From NCBI GenBank assembly GCA_047495785.1, contig JBLDXI010000028.1, positions 186,001 through 250,000 of the forward strand: 64,000 nucleotides of DNA. The letters run 5' to 3'. Under the pieces are notes generated by a model. It worked only from the letters and a program-made list of their open reading frames with translations. It did no database searches and had not been told where the DNA came from. Source of the DNA: Lepidodermella squamata. Lineage: Eukaryota > Animalia > Gastrotricha. This document shows positions 11,749 through 23,644 of this stretch, one piece after another; position 1 is the stretch's first letter; every line of letters begins with the position of its first letter. The position numbers and the translations under genes were made by a program.

Positions 11749-14461
11749 CTAGACGTATTTGAAGCACTTCTGATGTGTAGCAGGAACTCGCGTTTTGAAC
11801 AGCACCGAATCAGCGCGAGCTTGGCTGAACAGCAGCGGGTTGTAGCCGTAGGCCTCGGCGAACAGCCGCAAGCACTCTGACCGCTCGTCGAAGTGCGACT
11901 GTTCGCGCGACAGAGTGGTCGCGCAGGTTGGGCAGTGGAACGTCCAGCGGACGGTGACTTTGAGCGGCGCTTTCCGCGTCGCGTGCGACACGGCGAAATT
12001 CATGGCGATGTCTTCGCAGTTCATCAACCGGTCGACGGTTTCGCGAATCGACGCCGGCATCAGATACGTGTACACGTAAAAATAATACTGAAAAATATTA
12101 ATAAGTGGAAAATTAAATTAAATTAAAAATTCGAGTATGTTAGTCTCTACTATTCGATACAAAATTATAGGAATAGAATATAGGAGAAATAATTCTAAAA
12201 TATTCAATTCATCCGAAAATGTACCTTGTGAACGAATGCCGCACCCGTCAAAATCAGGCTGTACTCGCAGGAGTAATCGGAAACGTAAACCCACTGCCGA
12301 CTCGTTGAATTCCAGCCGTGACTCCGGCTCGGAAAGCCAACAATACGATCGCGATTTTCACGCCAAACTCGGAAGGCGAACACGATTTCATCCGGCCGCA
12401 GGAACATGTCATCGTCCAGCGATAATACAGCGTCAGTTTCGATTTCACTCAGCGGTAAAAACCGGTTATTCAACGAATTCGAGCCCATTTTTGCCACGAA
12501 AATTGGAACAGTCAGCTCAGGCCATTTCAGCGTTGACGGCGGTTTCTCTAAATGGTTATTCCAGACAACAATGACCTTATTTAGATAAGGCAAGTTCTTG
12601 AATCGAGAAATAATATCGATAAGAATCGATAACCGATCCCCACCACGAGTCAGTAAGACAATCGTAAATTGCTCAGCTGGTCGATTGCCGCCTAAAGCCA
12701 GGCCCAACTGCCGGCCTGAGCCACCCAGTCCCTGACCAACAGGTCGAAAATCGAGGGAATTGAACGAAACCAACGCAATATCGTGAGGGAAAGGCATTTG
12801 ACTGAAAGGATTCGTCGGTGCGTGGAATAAATAGTTGCTCGAGGTGAAGTTATCGTAGAAAATGTCGCTGGATTTCGGCAACTCGGCTGGTCCTAGGTAT
12901 TCATCCAATGCTATTTCGACCCCATCCTCGGCGAACGGGGCCGGTTCAATCGGGGCTGTCGGTGCGTATCTCGACTCGTACATACTAGACGCATTCACGT
13001 CCTTTAAAATCGGGGCTGGCAGATGAAGTCGTCTAGTGAAAGTTGCGAGTACTCCAAGTAGAACGGCGTCGTCAGAAACGAAAAATTCGGTGTAAATACG
13101 GCGGCATTCGAGTTTGAGATTCGTCAAATCGGATAGTGAGATCGATTTCAGGAGGTAATACAACTCGGGCGCGCGGTAACCGGGTAGTAAAATTGCGCAT
13201 TTCGACCAATCAATCAGCTCGTCGAATGGGAGTGCCGCATGATTTGTGTATAAAACAACCGGGATAGATGAAGATAGCAATGCTTCACTGAGCAAAACGT
13301 TGAACTCGAAATCGATCGCGTCTTGAATTAGAATTGTGAAAAGAGATGAAGTAAAACTGGCGATTCGTTTCTCACTCCGATCACATTGCAACAAGTCTTC
13401 TTTATGAACAACAATTCGATTGATAAAATTATCAGATGTAGGAGTTATCGAATCCAGAATCGAACCAGTTTTCGATGCAAGTAACGACCGAGTCAACCCA
13501 AGTTTGACGATCGTAAAAATGTATTTACGAGTAATGGGCATGAAATGAGACACGCCGGAATTCGGACAAGTTACAATAAAAGGAAGGACAATGTCGAAAC
13601 CTCTTCTGAAAGACACACTTTTTGAAAAATCCAATGATCCAATCATAATACTTCTAGGGGCTCTGCTTAAATCAGGCGACTCGTTTTTGGATAACCAAAC
13701 ATGATTAAGCCGATTTGCTGAATCGAATTGAGACAACTTTTCCAGTTGGATGTTCGCATCGCTGTTGTGATAAATGAAAATGCAGGCTTTCGAGGCATCA
13801 GTTATCACAGCATAAGCTCCGACTTCCTTCGCTTTAGTGCTGTCATACAGATAGGCATCGATGGACTGGAACAGTGGACAACGAGCCCAGTCAAAACAAG
13901 TGAGTAACTCGCAGTCCTTAGTAACATTAATAGGGACGACATCTTTGGCTTCACTCCAGAGCAAGCGAACAGGAGGAAGTAACTTCGGTGTGTAGTTGCC
14001 CTCAAGAAGTTTGAATTTTTCTTGCAAGAGAACAGCATTCTGCCGCAAGGACACAAGATTCTTCTCACTCTCCAACTTTTGTTTTTCCAATTTAGCGACT
14101 TCGCTCTGCAGAGAAGACACCCTTAGAAGAAGTTCCCTCACATAGCTTTCTTGAAGTCGCGCTTCTTCTTTCAAGTCCTCAAACAGCCGCGTGTAGTCAT
14201 CGATGCTAAAACTTAATCCTAACCAAGTAGACACCGTTTAACATTGAATAACATTGAATGCAGCATGAAAAGCTCACCATCTAACAGTTGAGCGGTCGCT
14301 ACTGGGTCAAGTTTTGCAGATGGTTGGTAGATTGAAACTAAGCCAGCCGTAAATATGACGTTCATTAGAAACGTGGTAACAGCGGCGATGAATATCACCA
14401 AAACACTCCGATTGAGAAGACATCGACGAAATAGGCGGAGGATAAGATTCTTGCAATGCAT
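11749..14461 (-). CDS. EXTL3: Exostosin-like 3 (heparan sulfate GlcNAc transferase; botv-like), 3 exons
   Basis: N-terminal TM, coiled coil, exostosin region, GT64 domain ([36 protein letters not shown]) and C-terminal KCFKYV. Exons 14461-14278, 14218-12225, 12087-11749. Confidence 0.93.
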
Positions 14462-14508
14462 ACATTAATCCTAGGAAACGCAGTAAAATGGAAGAGATTA
14501 ATTCGTCA

Positions 14509-14596
14509 ATTAAAAATTAAAATTATCGCTAATCAACCAGAGCGCAATAGGAATTAAAAATTAAAATTATCGCTAATCAACCCGAACGCAATAGGA
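14509..14596. repeat. Two-copy tandem repeat of about 44 bp
   Basis: ATTAAAAATTAAAATTATCGCTAATCAACC.GA.CGCAATAGGA occurs twice head to tail, just upstream of EXTL3. Confidence 0.8.
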
Positions 14597-14599
14597 AGA

Positions 14600-15300
14600 A
14601 GACAGAGCGAAGAGAAGGAAAGAAGGGGACGGAAAAGAAGAACGGAAAAGGACGAACGTGTGCATCGCTAGATCATACAATGCAAACTGTAATTGGCTGC
14701 AAGCTGCAAGCTCCCAACAAACGACAGATGGCTATCATCAGTCAATCCCGTGTGAAAAACAGACATACGTTTCACAACCGCACACTATATTCACCACACA
14801 CAAAGCATTCGAGAAACAAGGACCCGAAGTACATAACTCAAAAACTATCGAACTTTATTAAAAGTAAAACCTAAAATATACTCGCAATCAAAGTTTTCTA
14901 TTGGTTTTTAACAATAGAGAATAAAAGTTAAAAAATATAGTTTTGTTTTGACAGAGGGTTAGTGCTGTTCATGAGTTGTTTATTTTTGGGTGACTCAAGA
15001 TAGTAAATCTGGCCGACTGGACTGGTTTTTCTACCGTCTGGGGACTACTTGTTCCAAAGTTATGCGTTCTGACTGAATCATCCACCTCCCGCTTTGACTC
15101 TGACTGATTAATGATTAACTGATTAAATATTAAATAGTGTTTACTTTGTGGATTCCTCCTCAGCCATTATTTTCTTGCCTGTTAGAGCACGGACTGCTGG
15201 AGTTGCTTATTTATATTCTTTTTCAATTAAACATTTTTATTAGACTAATGATTTGAGGTCATTTTATTAGATAGAGTTGTTAATTGATAGGCTAATTCGA
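14600..15300. promoter_or_regulatory. Probable bidirectional promoter region
   Basis: Only strand switch in the gene-dense block. EXTL3 (minus) and PP2C (plus) start about 850 bp apart head to head. Position-based inference; no motif proven. Confidence 0.45.
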
Positions 15301-15313
15301 CCCCTGCTCAAAC

Positions 15314-16351
15314 ATGGGGCAGATGCTATCGACGCCGGTCACCGCCGTCGAATCAGAGACTTATGAGTCTCGGTATTATAGAATAGCAGTTGGATCGATG
15401 CAAGGCTGGCGCGTCAACATGGAGGATGCCCATGTTGTGCGTGTCGGTATCGGAAATGATCAAGACGCATTAATGACCGGTGTATACGATGGTCACGGTG
15501 GTGCAACTATAGCGCATTACGTCGCGCACAACTTACCTGCTCGCATAATCCAGCATCCGACTTTCAGCACTAATACGCCCGAGGCGTTACGGCAAAGTTT
15601 TTTAGAGGTAGACTACGCAATGATGAATGACGACCGGTTGAGAGATGACAATAGCGGATCTACTGCAATTATGACGATAATCAAAGGCGGAAAAATCTAC
15701 TGCGCAAATGTAGGCGACTCGCGTGCCATCGCGAGTCGGGCTGGCATGGTCGATCAGCTGAGTTACGACCACAAACCGATGAACCAGCTGGAATATGACC
15801 GCATCCTCAGCGCTGGTGGTTGGGTCGAGTTTAATCGAGTGAATGGAAATCTCGCGTTGAGCAGAGCGTTTGGAGATTTTGAGTTTAAACGCAATTCTTC
15901 GCGAGGTCAGCACGAGCAGATTGTCACAGCTGTTCCCGACATACTAGTGAGAGATATCACCGACGAAGTTGAGTTTGTTCTACTTGCTTGCGACGGCATT
16001 TGGGACGTGTTGACCATGGCCGAAGTGCTAGAATTCGTGCGTGGTCGCATCGCTCAAGGCCTCGAGCCCGTAGCAATATGTACAGATCTGTTGAATCGCT
16101 GTCTCGCCCCTGATTGCACCGCTGGCGGTATTGGTTGCGACAACATGACTGTAATCCTAATCTGCTGTCTACACGGCCAACCGTACAGTTCGTTAGTATC
16201 ACGGTGTCAAACTCCCTCTGCAGCGTTGATGAACCCCTCAAACCCTGCGCTAAGTCAACAGAATTCACGAAACTCAGCTCCACCGGCTGCGAACATTCCT
16301 CAGCAGAGTCAGCAGGTGTCAAAGACGAATTCTAGCTCGACGAGGCGTTGA
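15314..16351 (+). CDS. Protein phosphatase 2C (PPM family, Ptc2/Ptc3-like), single coding exon
   Basis: MGQMLSTP N-terminus, SMQGWRVNMEDAH, VYDGHGG, ANVGDSRA, DHKP, RVNGNLALSRAFGD, LACDGIWDV, GCDNMT. Confidence 0.95.
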   Translation: MGQMLSTPVTAVESETYESRYYRIAVGSMQGWRVNMEDAHVVRVGIGNDQDALMTGVYDGHGGATIAHYVAHNLPARIIQHPTFSTNTPEALRQSFLEVDYAMMNDDRLRDDNSGSTAIMTIIKGGKIYCANVGDSRAIASRAGMVDQLSYDHKPMNQLEYDRILSAGGWVEFNRVNGNLALSRAFGDFEFKRNSSRGQHEQIVTAVPDILVRDITDEVEFVLLACDGIWDVLTMAEVLEFVRGRIAQGLEPVAICTDLLNRCLAPDCTAGGIGCDNMTVILICCLHGQPYSSLVSRCQTPSAALMNPSNPALSQQNSRNSAPPAANIPQQSQQVSKTNSSSTRR

Positions 16352-16894
16352 AAATGTCAATCACGCATTTTATTTTGCGATTCTTTTCAATCAGCTCAGT
16401 TATGTTTCTTTTTTTCAAAATCACTTGCGAACGAATTTTTCCACGGTGACCGCGCGACCTTCTTGCGTTTTGTGATTGATGAGCTTTTATCTTGCATACT
16501 AATTTTTAGCTTCGATGATCAAACTGCTCCTTGTGTTATTATACTGAAAACGAATGATCTCCATTTGAAACAAAGCAAACACTGCAATAAATAGTTGTAG
16601 CTAGAGTAGGATGATTTCCCAATGAACTGTGCAATTTCCGAGGGTTTAGATGAGCATAGCGAGTTAGATGACGAATCTCTTGAAAGAATTGCAGCTGCTT
16701 TCACGTTACATTGTCACTTATTTCCTTTTTCAATCTTCGTCTCGATTATTCTATTATTATTATTATTATAATTATTATGATTCCTTTTTGTCATCGTTGT
16801 GTGCACAGAAAAATTTGATGATTTTTTAATTGATGAGCGAAAAATAAAAAAATTGGTTGTGCAAATTACGAAACATTTTCTGATTTATTTTTAG

Positions 16895-19156
16895 ATGGCC
16901 TGGCTTCATAATTTTGTTTACTTGGGTATTTTCTCCGCATATGCTGCTACGCTGGCGTGGGACATTACCTACCTAGTCGATAGTCGACCCATTGTCGCTG
17001 GAATGGCTGGAATTACGGCTCGATTCTGCTTCTTCACATTCTGGGACTTGTGGTTTCAATTTTTCTACTTCGGCGCTATTTCATTCGGAATTTTGAAGGC
17101 TGTTTTGACTGGCGATCGTAACTATCACTCGAATAGTCCGTCTACATTGCGTAGTTACGTTTCTCGCGGCGTGACCGGCCCCTGTGGACTTGTAGGTTTC
17201 TTTAAAATAATTCGAAATTCATCGATTTTTTCCTCGTTACTTAATAGTTTGTCGCGACTTCGTTCTGGCTAATTTATGCCGTTGATCGAGAACTCATCTA
17301 TCCGGTTGCTCTCGATTCGTTCATTCCCAAGTGGTGGAACCACGGCGCTGTAAGTCTTTATATCAAGTGTTTATTGTAGAAGATACTCTTTTGTATCAGA
17401 AATAATTGAAAATTATCAGTAAATTCGAATCTTACTTGACAACAGAATGAGGCTAATGTTGAAATTGTAGTTCAATATAGAATTTCCTAGAAAACCGTTG
17501 CTCTCTTTCGCGGCTGTGTTCTTATTTCTTATAGATTTTATGTTTAGAAGTATAGGAAATATTAATGAGTCGATAAATTATTCCGTGTTTAATTAATTTC
17601 CGTCTTTTATTTGTCACGTGCTGCCTAGCGCTTGTATTGCAACATCGCTAAACAGGGAAGAGAGATGTCGTCATTATCGACTGGAACGGTGGCTACTCAA
17701 TTTTAATGGTATTTTACCCCGATTTTTCCCGTTGTCGTTGCCAAGGAAAAAAGCGAGGGAGAAGGTTAAAAAAGAAAAACCTGAACAAAAATTAAATTGG
17801 CCGTGCTTCTTACATGAAAAGTTGATTATAATTTGATATGGCTAATTAATATATTGAAATATTGTCAATCCACGGTTGGAAAACGTTTCATCTCAAGCTC
17901 GGCGATCGATTCAAGTGTCGAAGCGATGGGGGCAAGGAGTTATTAAGGAATCATGATTTGTAATAATAACGGTATTAAATCATCACTCTTCAATTGAACG
18001 TCATATTATAACGTTTCCGGTTTCGGAGTGACGCATCACTCAGATCCTGCTTTTTCCATAAAATTGGCAATTTAAAATCGATTTGAAAACTGCCAACTGC
18101 CATTCGTTTAATGAAAACTAATTCAGCTAGTTTGTGACCGATTTTGATTTCAGATTCGCTTTTGTTTTCGCTGGAATTTCGCTTTTTTTTAGTAATTTCC
18201 TTAGCTTTGAGGATTAATCAAAATAAACCGGAATCTTGCATCGCACAGATTTCACGTCATTGATGTAAACGTAGAAAAGTAGCTTGCTGTCTGTTACTGA
18301 AAGGATCCTAACGGAGATGGGACATTCCTTGCTGGTAATGGGAATTACGTTCGAGGGCCAATAAGTTACTTGTTGTGGCTCATTATCTCTTGCAATTAGG
18401 ATAGTTCACGCATTTGATTAATGGTATCAGGGTACAGTTGATGTGCCATGAAGAAATATAAATTCAAGTCAGATTTTATTTTTTCATTTTAAATTTCAAA
18501 TTGTGGAGAAATTATTCTTCTGATCCATCTCGGCTGTAGCGCAATTCAGGATAAAACCCTTGAAAATATTCGTCATGCTGCATTGTTCACGTTATTGAAG
18601 CGATCTATTCAAGTTTTGAACAGCTGTAGGAAAAGTCATATGCTCGATAGAAGCTCGCAGTCTGTTCAAATAAATGCTATTTCCCACGTGTTTTGGCTAA
18701 TTGGCTGCGAGCGAGCAGTAAAACTTCTTCATTTCAATCTTTCTCTCGTGTTATCGCCTTTTACCAAATTGCTAGCCAAATGCTATATTCGTGAATTATT
18801 GTGAATTTCAGCACACGTTGCCGCTGGTGAGTTCGGTGATCGATCGGTATTTCAGCGACTTCGGCGCGCACACGGAATCGCGACCATGGCGCCCATTCCT
18901 GCTGACCCTGCTGACCGGCGTCTCCTACCTCGGCTGGGTGCTGCACCTCGGCTTCAGCCACAAGTTCTGGGTGTACCCGGTCCTCGAAGTGCTCGACCAC
19001 ATGCAGCGAACTGCCTTCATCGCCGTGTGTGCCGTCATTCTAGCCGTGTCTTTCCTCGCCACAGACCGCATCGGGGCGATATTCTGGCGCCAGAAGCACG
19101 CGAGAAAGCAACAACACTTAGCAAAACCACCTGGGGTTGCTAAGAAATCGCGTTAA
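16895..19156 (+). CDS. AIG1: FAR-17a/AIG1/ADTRP family multipass membrane FAHFA hydrolase, 3 exons
   Basis: Exons 16895-17191, 17248-17349, 18812-19156. Motifs FFTFWDL (catalytic Thr), FWLIYAVDRELIYP, NHGA|HT (catalytic His) and WVYPVL. Confidence 0.85.
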
Positions 19157-19354
19157 TAATCGAAGATTCCTAAAAAAAACTTGTGAAAAAACTGAGCCAT
19201 TGAATTATGTGCAAATGTGTTATATGTGATTGAGTAGAATCGAATGATTGCATGCTCACGGTATTCGTAGTTTATTTATTTCTGGTGATTGAAAATCACG
19301 CCTTAAATTACGAAAATTTATCAATTCCATTTCCATTTAACTCATTATAGGGCG

Positions 19355-22300
19355 ATGATTAGTAGAGTATATATTTATTTCGGATCTGTATTCGCCTGTG
19401 CTGGTTTCGTCTACAAATGCTATCAGTATCTAGTCGACGCCGTTGACGCTGGTTTCATCGGCTTATCGCTCGCTAAAATCGAATCGATCATTGGTACCAA
19501 TAATCAAGCCCTGCTTTCCTCCAAGCATGAGGACGAGAAATCTCACTCGCAATTGACCGAAGAAACGCTGTTGAAACGGCTGTTGGCCATCGAGAATGAG
19601 CGACGGCCGATTCGCGAGGCGGATTTGCGTGTTGCAGTCGGGTTCGGCTCATGCAAAGACGTTTTCGTCAGAGCGGTCGATTTCTTCAGTCATTTCGGCA
19701 TCAATACGAGCGCTAAGTTGGCGCATTACAACCAAGTCGATTCGCGGCAACAACTCGATGAAATGTTCCTGTTCTACTTCTCAAAAGGCGTCGCAGCAGA
19801 GTAAGATCTTCGGAAATCATTCGAAAACTAACTCTCAGAATTTCCAACTAGTCTCAAAATTAATCCAAAAATTCAAACTCAAATGTTCTCATTTTTCGGA
19901 ATTTGTTGCCATCCTATGACGTCAATTATTAATCGTATTGATCCTTCATGTGATTAAATGAATGTAATCAGATTTTTACATTGCTAAGAAATTTTTGGCT
20001 CAATCAGATGAATCGGAAGCGTCTATTTCTTCGTATAATTGAATTCGAAAGTAAAGCAATGGGCGCAATAACAATATCTCAGATCTTACGTTGCATGCGA
20101 TAACCTCGTTTTCTGCCCACTGCACAAAATTGATTAGATTTTCGGTCCCAAATACTTGCTTTTAACCTTGAATGAACGTAAATAAGTACTATGTCGAAGT
20201 GAAAATACAGTTGCGAGCACTTGCACTCGGCTATTTTTAGCTAAAGGACGGAAAAGGAAATTTGACTGTGTAACAGAATTTTCAGGCAAACAATTTTTAC
20301 AAGGATTATTTGGATATCTAAACTTGGGTTAAAAAGTGGGATTATGGTGCCAAATTTCTAACATTGAGTGAAAAATGTAAAACAAATTTAGGCATTTTCC
20401 GTTATCAATATTTTCGATATCTCTTGTCTGAGTTATGAAATTAATTCCTATAATTTGCAGGCGATACGTGTCGAACAAGCAGCTGTTCAGTGAAATCGTG
20501 CGAACAATCGACGACAACAAGCTGTGGATGAAAGAAGCATTGGGCGGTAATGCGCCCGTCATGGCCGGTCGGTTCGCGAAAGACAACTGCCACGTTCTGC
20601 TCGGCTCAATCATCGGCACCCGCCTGCAATCAGTCGCTCAACTGCACGATAAAATTCGCATTTTGAACGAACCGAACGCGGAATGCGACGACATCCACGT
20701 GCTGCTCGAGTACGACGTCGGCGACCGAGTTGGCGAGCAACGCTCAGCGCCTCGAGCCAACCGATTCATCGTGCATTCAGACGAGTCGAACCCGGCGATT
20801 TCGATGCTGGAGCGGTTTTTCGATGGGACCGTCGACTTCCGACCTCAACTGCTGGTGTTGGGCGCCCTTCAGATGATGGACAACTTCCCGTTCCAGGAGG
20901 GCGAGATGGAGGCGCGGCTACAGAGACTCGGCCAGCGGCTGAAAGAGCCCCACCTAAGCGACACCCTGGTGCATTTCGAACTCGCGTCCTTCACAGATGA
21001 GAGGTTGATGGCGAATCTAGTTGAGCATGTTGTTGGTGACGCCGATTCGCTAGGCATGAATGAGCAGGAACTGGCGAATCTGTACTCGTTCATGAAGGAC
21101 GGCCGCGTTACGCTGGCGGAGGACGCCTACGTCGGCCTGGACACGGAACTCGACAAAATCCGCTTCATTTTTTCGTGCCTCGAGTGAGTCGTTTTTTCTA
21201 CTAGCATGCTTTTATCAGCAATTTCCGATTTCCGGCTTTTTTAGACCTAGATTCGTGTTTTTAAGCGCCTTGTTTTTTTCAATAAGCGCAATGAATTGAA
21301 TCTTGCTGGGACCTGCGCCAACTATTATACTATTGGAAATTGCATAGAATGGAATTTTCCACGTTTTATTGGATTAAATTTATTTTTGCTGAGAAGAATC
21401 GTTTGATTCAGGGCAAATTTGACAAATTCGTTTTTTTACAAAACTGAGTGGAAATTTAAAAAATGTCAAAAGGTGTGCCCATTCTTGAAATCGTGATCTG
21501 GAGTGTTATGAATAAGTCTAGCTCGAGCAATTAACGGAAAAAGCTTGCGAGGCACGCTCTGATATTCTCATTCAAATATCGATTTTTGATCCCATTTCCT
21601 CTGCCCGAAGCCTTGATCTAGGGCGGCATACATTTTCAATTGGGCGATTAAAGTACTGAGAGATTAATTTTCTAGATTATCAAAAACTTGAGAACATCCT
21701 CTAATTCGAAGTAGCCAAACGAGGTTAAAAATTATTGCTTACCTATTTTATAAATAATTTATTAATAGCCTTTTACATTGAAAACGTCTTAATTTACGAC
21801 CTTGCCTATTTGAGCTGAAAATAGCAGGGGAAAAGAAAAACGCTAAAGCATAGACATTCGGGATATTTGACACGAACGGAAGTTGCCGCCACTGATTGCA
21901 TTTTTACGTGTGTTTTTGCTTTTTTTCTAGGTCACGGCCTCGATCTCGGGTGTTGAGCCGCCTGCACCTGCACACAATTCTCTTTCAAATTCTCGCCATT
22001 CGACGGCCGCAAACGGGCGAATCGCCGTGGCGCAATGGCGACCTTGCCGTCGCACGCTCTTCTCTCATGGCCACTAGGTACTTTTTTCGAGTGATTTTCT
22101 TTCAATAATGAAATTTCAAGCTATTTTTTTTACTAATTTTTGATATTTTTCATTTGATTTTTGTTCAGGCATGCATCTCAATCTGAGCGTATCGACACTT
22201 CGAAGGTGAAACTGCTGTTCCGCGGCCCTGTCGAGTTGCCGAGCGGCGAGCGAATCGAGCTCAGCGAGCAGAATCCAATCGCTCACTGGCGGGAAGGCCT

Positions 22301-22427
22301 CGCGGACAGCGGCATTGAACTCGACATCTACGTCACACCCGTTCTCATTTGCACCGATGTGAAGCAGACGACGGGCGGCGGCGACAACATCTCGCCCGTC
22401 GGCCTCGTGTCTCAATTGCGGTACTGA
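19355..22427 (+). CDS. ADPGK: ADP-dependent glucokinase, 4 exons
   Basis: VAVGFGSCKDV, AAE|RYV, LGGNAPVMA, DIHVLLEY, APRANRFIVHSD, VHFELASF, DSLGMNEQEL, RLHLHT, TTGGGDNIS. Exons 19355-19800, 20461-21183, 21931-22077, 22169-22427. Confidence 0.93.
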
Positions 22428-23644
22428 GAGATCGATCAATTTGTAACCACCGTCTCAAATTTCACTTCATTACCTGTACTACTAACTGCTGAGCTTTTGT
22501 GGAAAATTCAATATTATGTTGTATAACCAAAACGGCAGTAGATATTTTTTATTTATCAGTCCAGCTTTCGACTGCGGAAAATGGCGAGAGAAGATTCCAG
22601 AGCTCATGATGTATGAATTGTTGAATTGCGCTGGCCGAGTTGTGACGAGAAAATCCGTTTTTATTACAGACAAATTCGCAAAAATTTCAAACAATATTTA
22701 CTAAATTTCCAAACTCATTTTTCCGCAAATTTTTGCGAATTTGATTTTTTTGGTGCCCATTGATATCAAATTGCATCATTCATTGCCTGGTGAATACAGT
22801 AATTCTTTTCCGCATATAAACAGTCCATTTTTTCGTCGTATGTGTGAACATTTTTCGACAATATTCCGCCGCTTACAAGTGCATTCTTTTCGATCGTTGT
22901 GTTATGTAGAAGACGTCATAATTCATCCCAGTGTTCTTATTTTTCTGCGCATTCGCTTATTATTGATGGTTGAGAGCAGGTGAAAAAACACTCGTGAATA
23001 ACAATAATAATGAAAATATAATATTATCGCAGTTTTTTTTGGCAGATGAGAAAAAGGAAAACGAAGATGAAATTTCTACAAAGAAAAAAATGAGTAAATT
23101 TTTTACGCGATATAATTATGCATTTCCTGCAATTTTTAGAGCTGCTGTAATATTTTTGAAGAAAAATAAGCATGAGCACCTCGGTGATTCAGCGTGGCTT
23201 TTTGTCCGCTCTATTGAAGCCGAAAGCCTTGGCTATTATCAAGTCCTTGTAAGCTCCATAATTCTGAAATGTCCTATTTTGATTGGATTTGAAATTTCAG
23301 GGCCGTACCAATCGCCGTCTACGAAGCTGCTGCGCTCGTTGAATTCACGAATTTGTCGCAGTGGAAAATCTTCGGCGACTACTGGGGACAGCCGTCCAAC
23401 TGAGAAAAAAATGAGTAATCAATCAACCGAAACCGACCCCACCGAAAAATGAACAGCGTAGTTGAAAATTGTTAGCCTTCACTCGACCCTTTTTGGCCAC
23501 TCGATTCAGTTTATAATAAAAATACGATAGATAGAAATCTATGGAATTGACCGATAGAAATAAAATATTGCGATGGAAAATTTGAAATAAAAAATTTCCC
23601 AGTGACAAATGCTGTAATTTTTCTGAAATTTAGTTGTTGTAAAA

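Noticed and set aside
22970-23452. 160-aa ORF between ADPGK and Misato
   Set aside because: Non-ATG start, AT-rich low-complexity sequence and no recognisable motif; probably UTR or intergenic.
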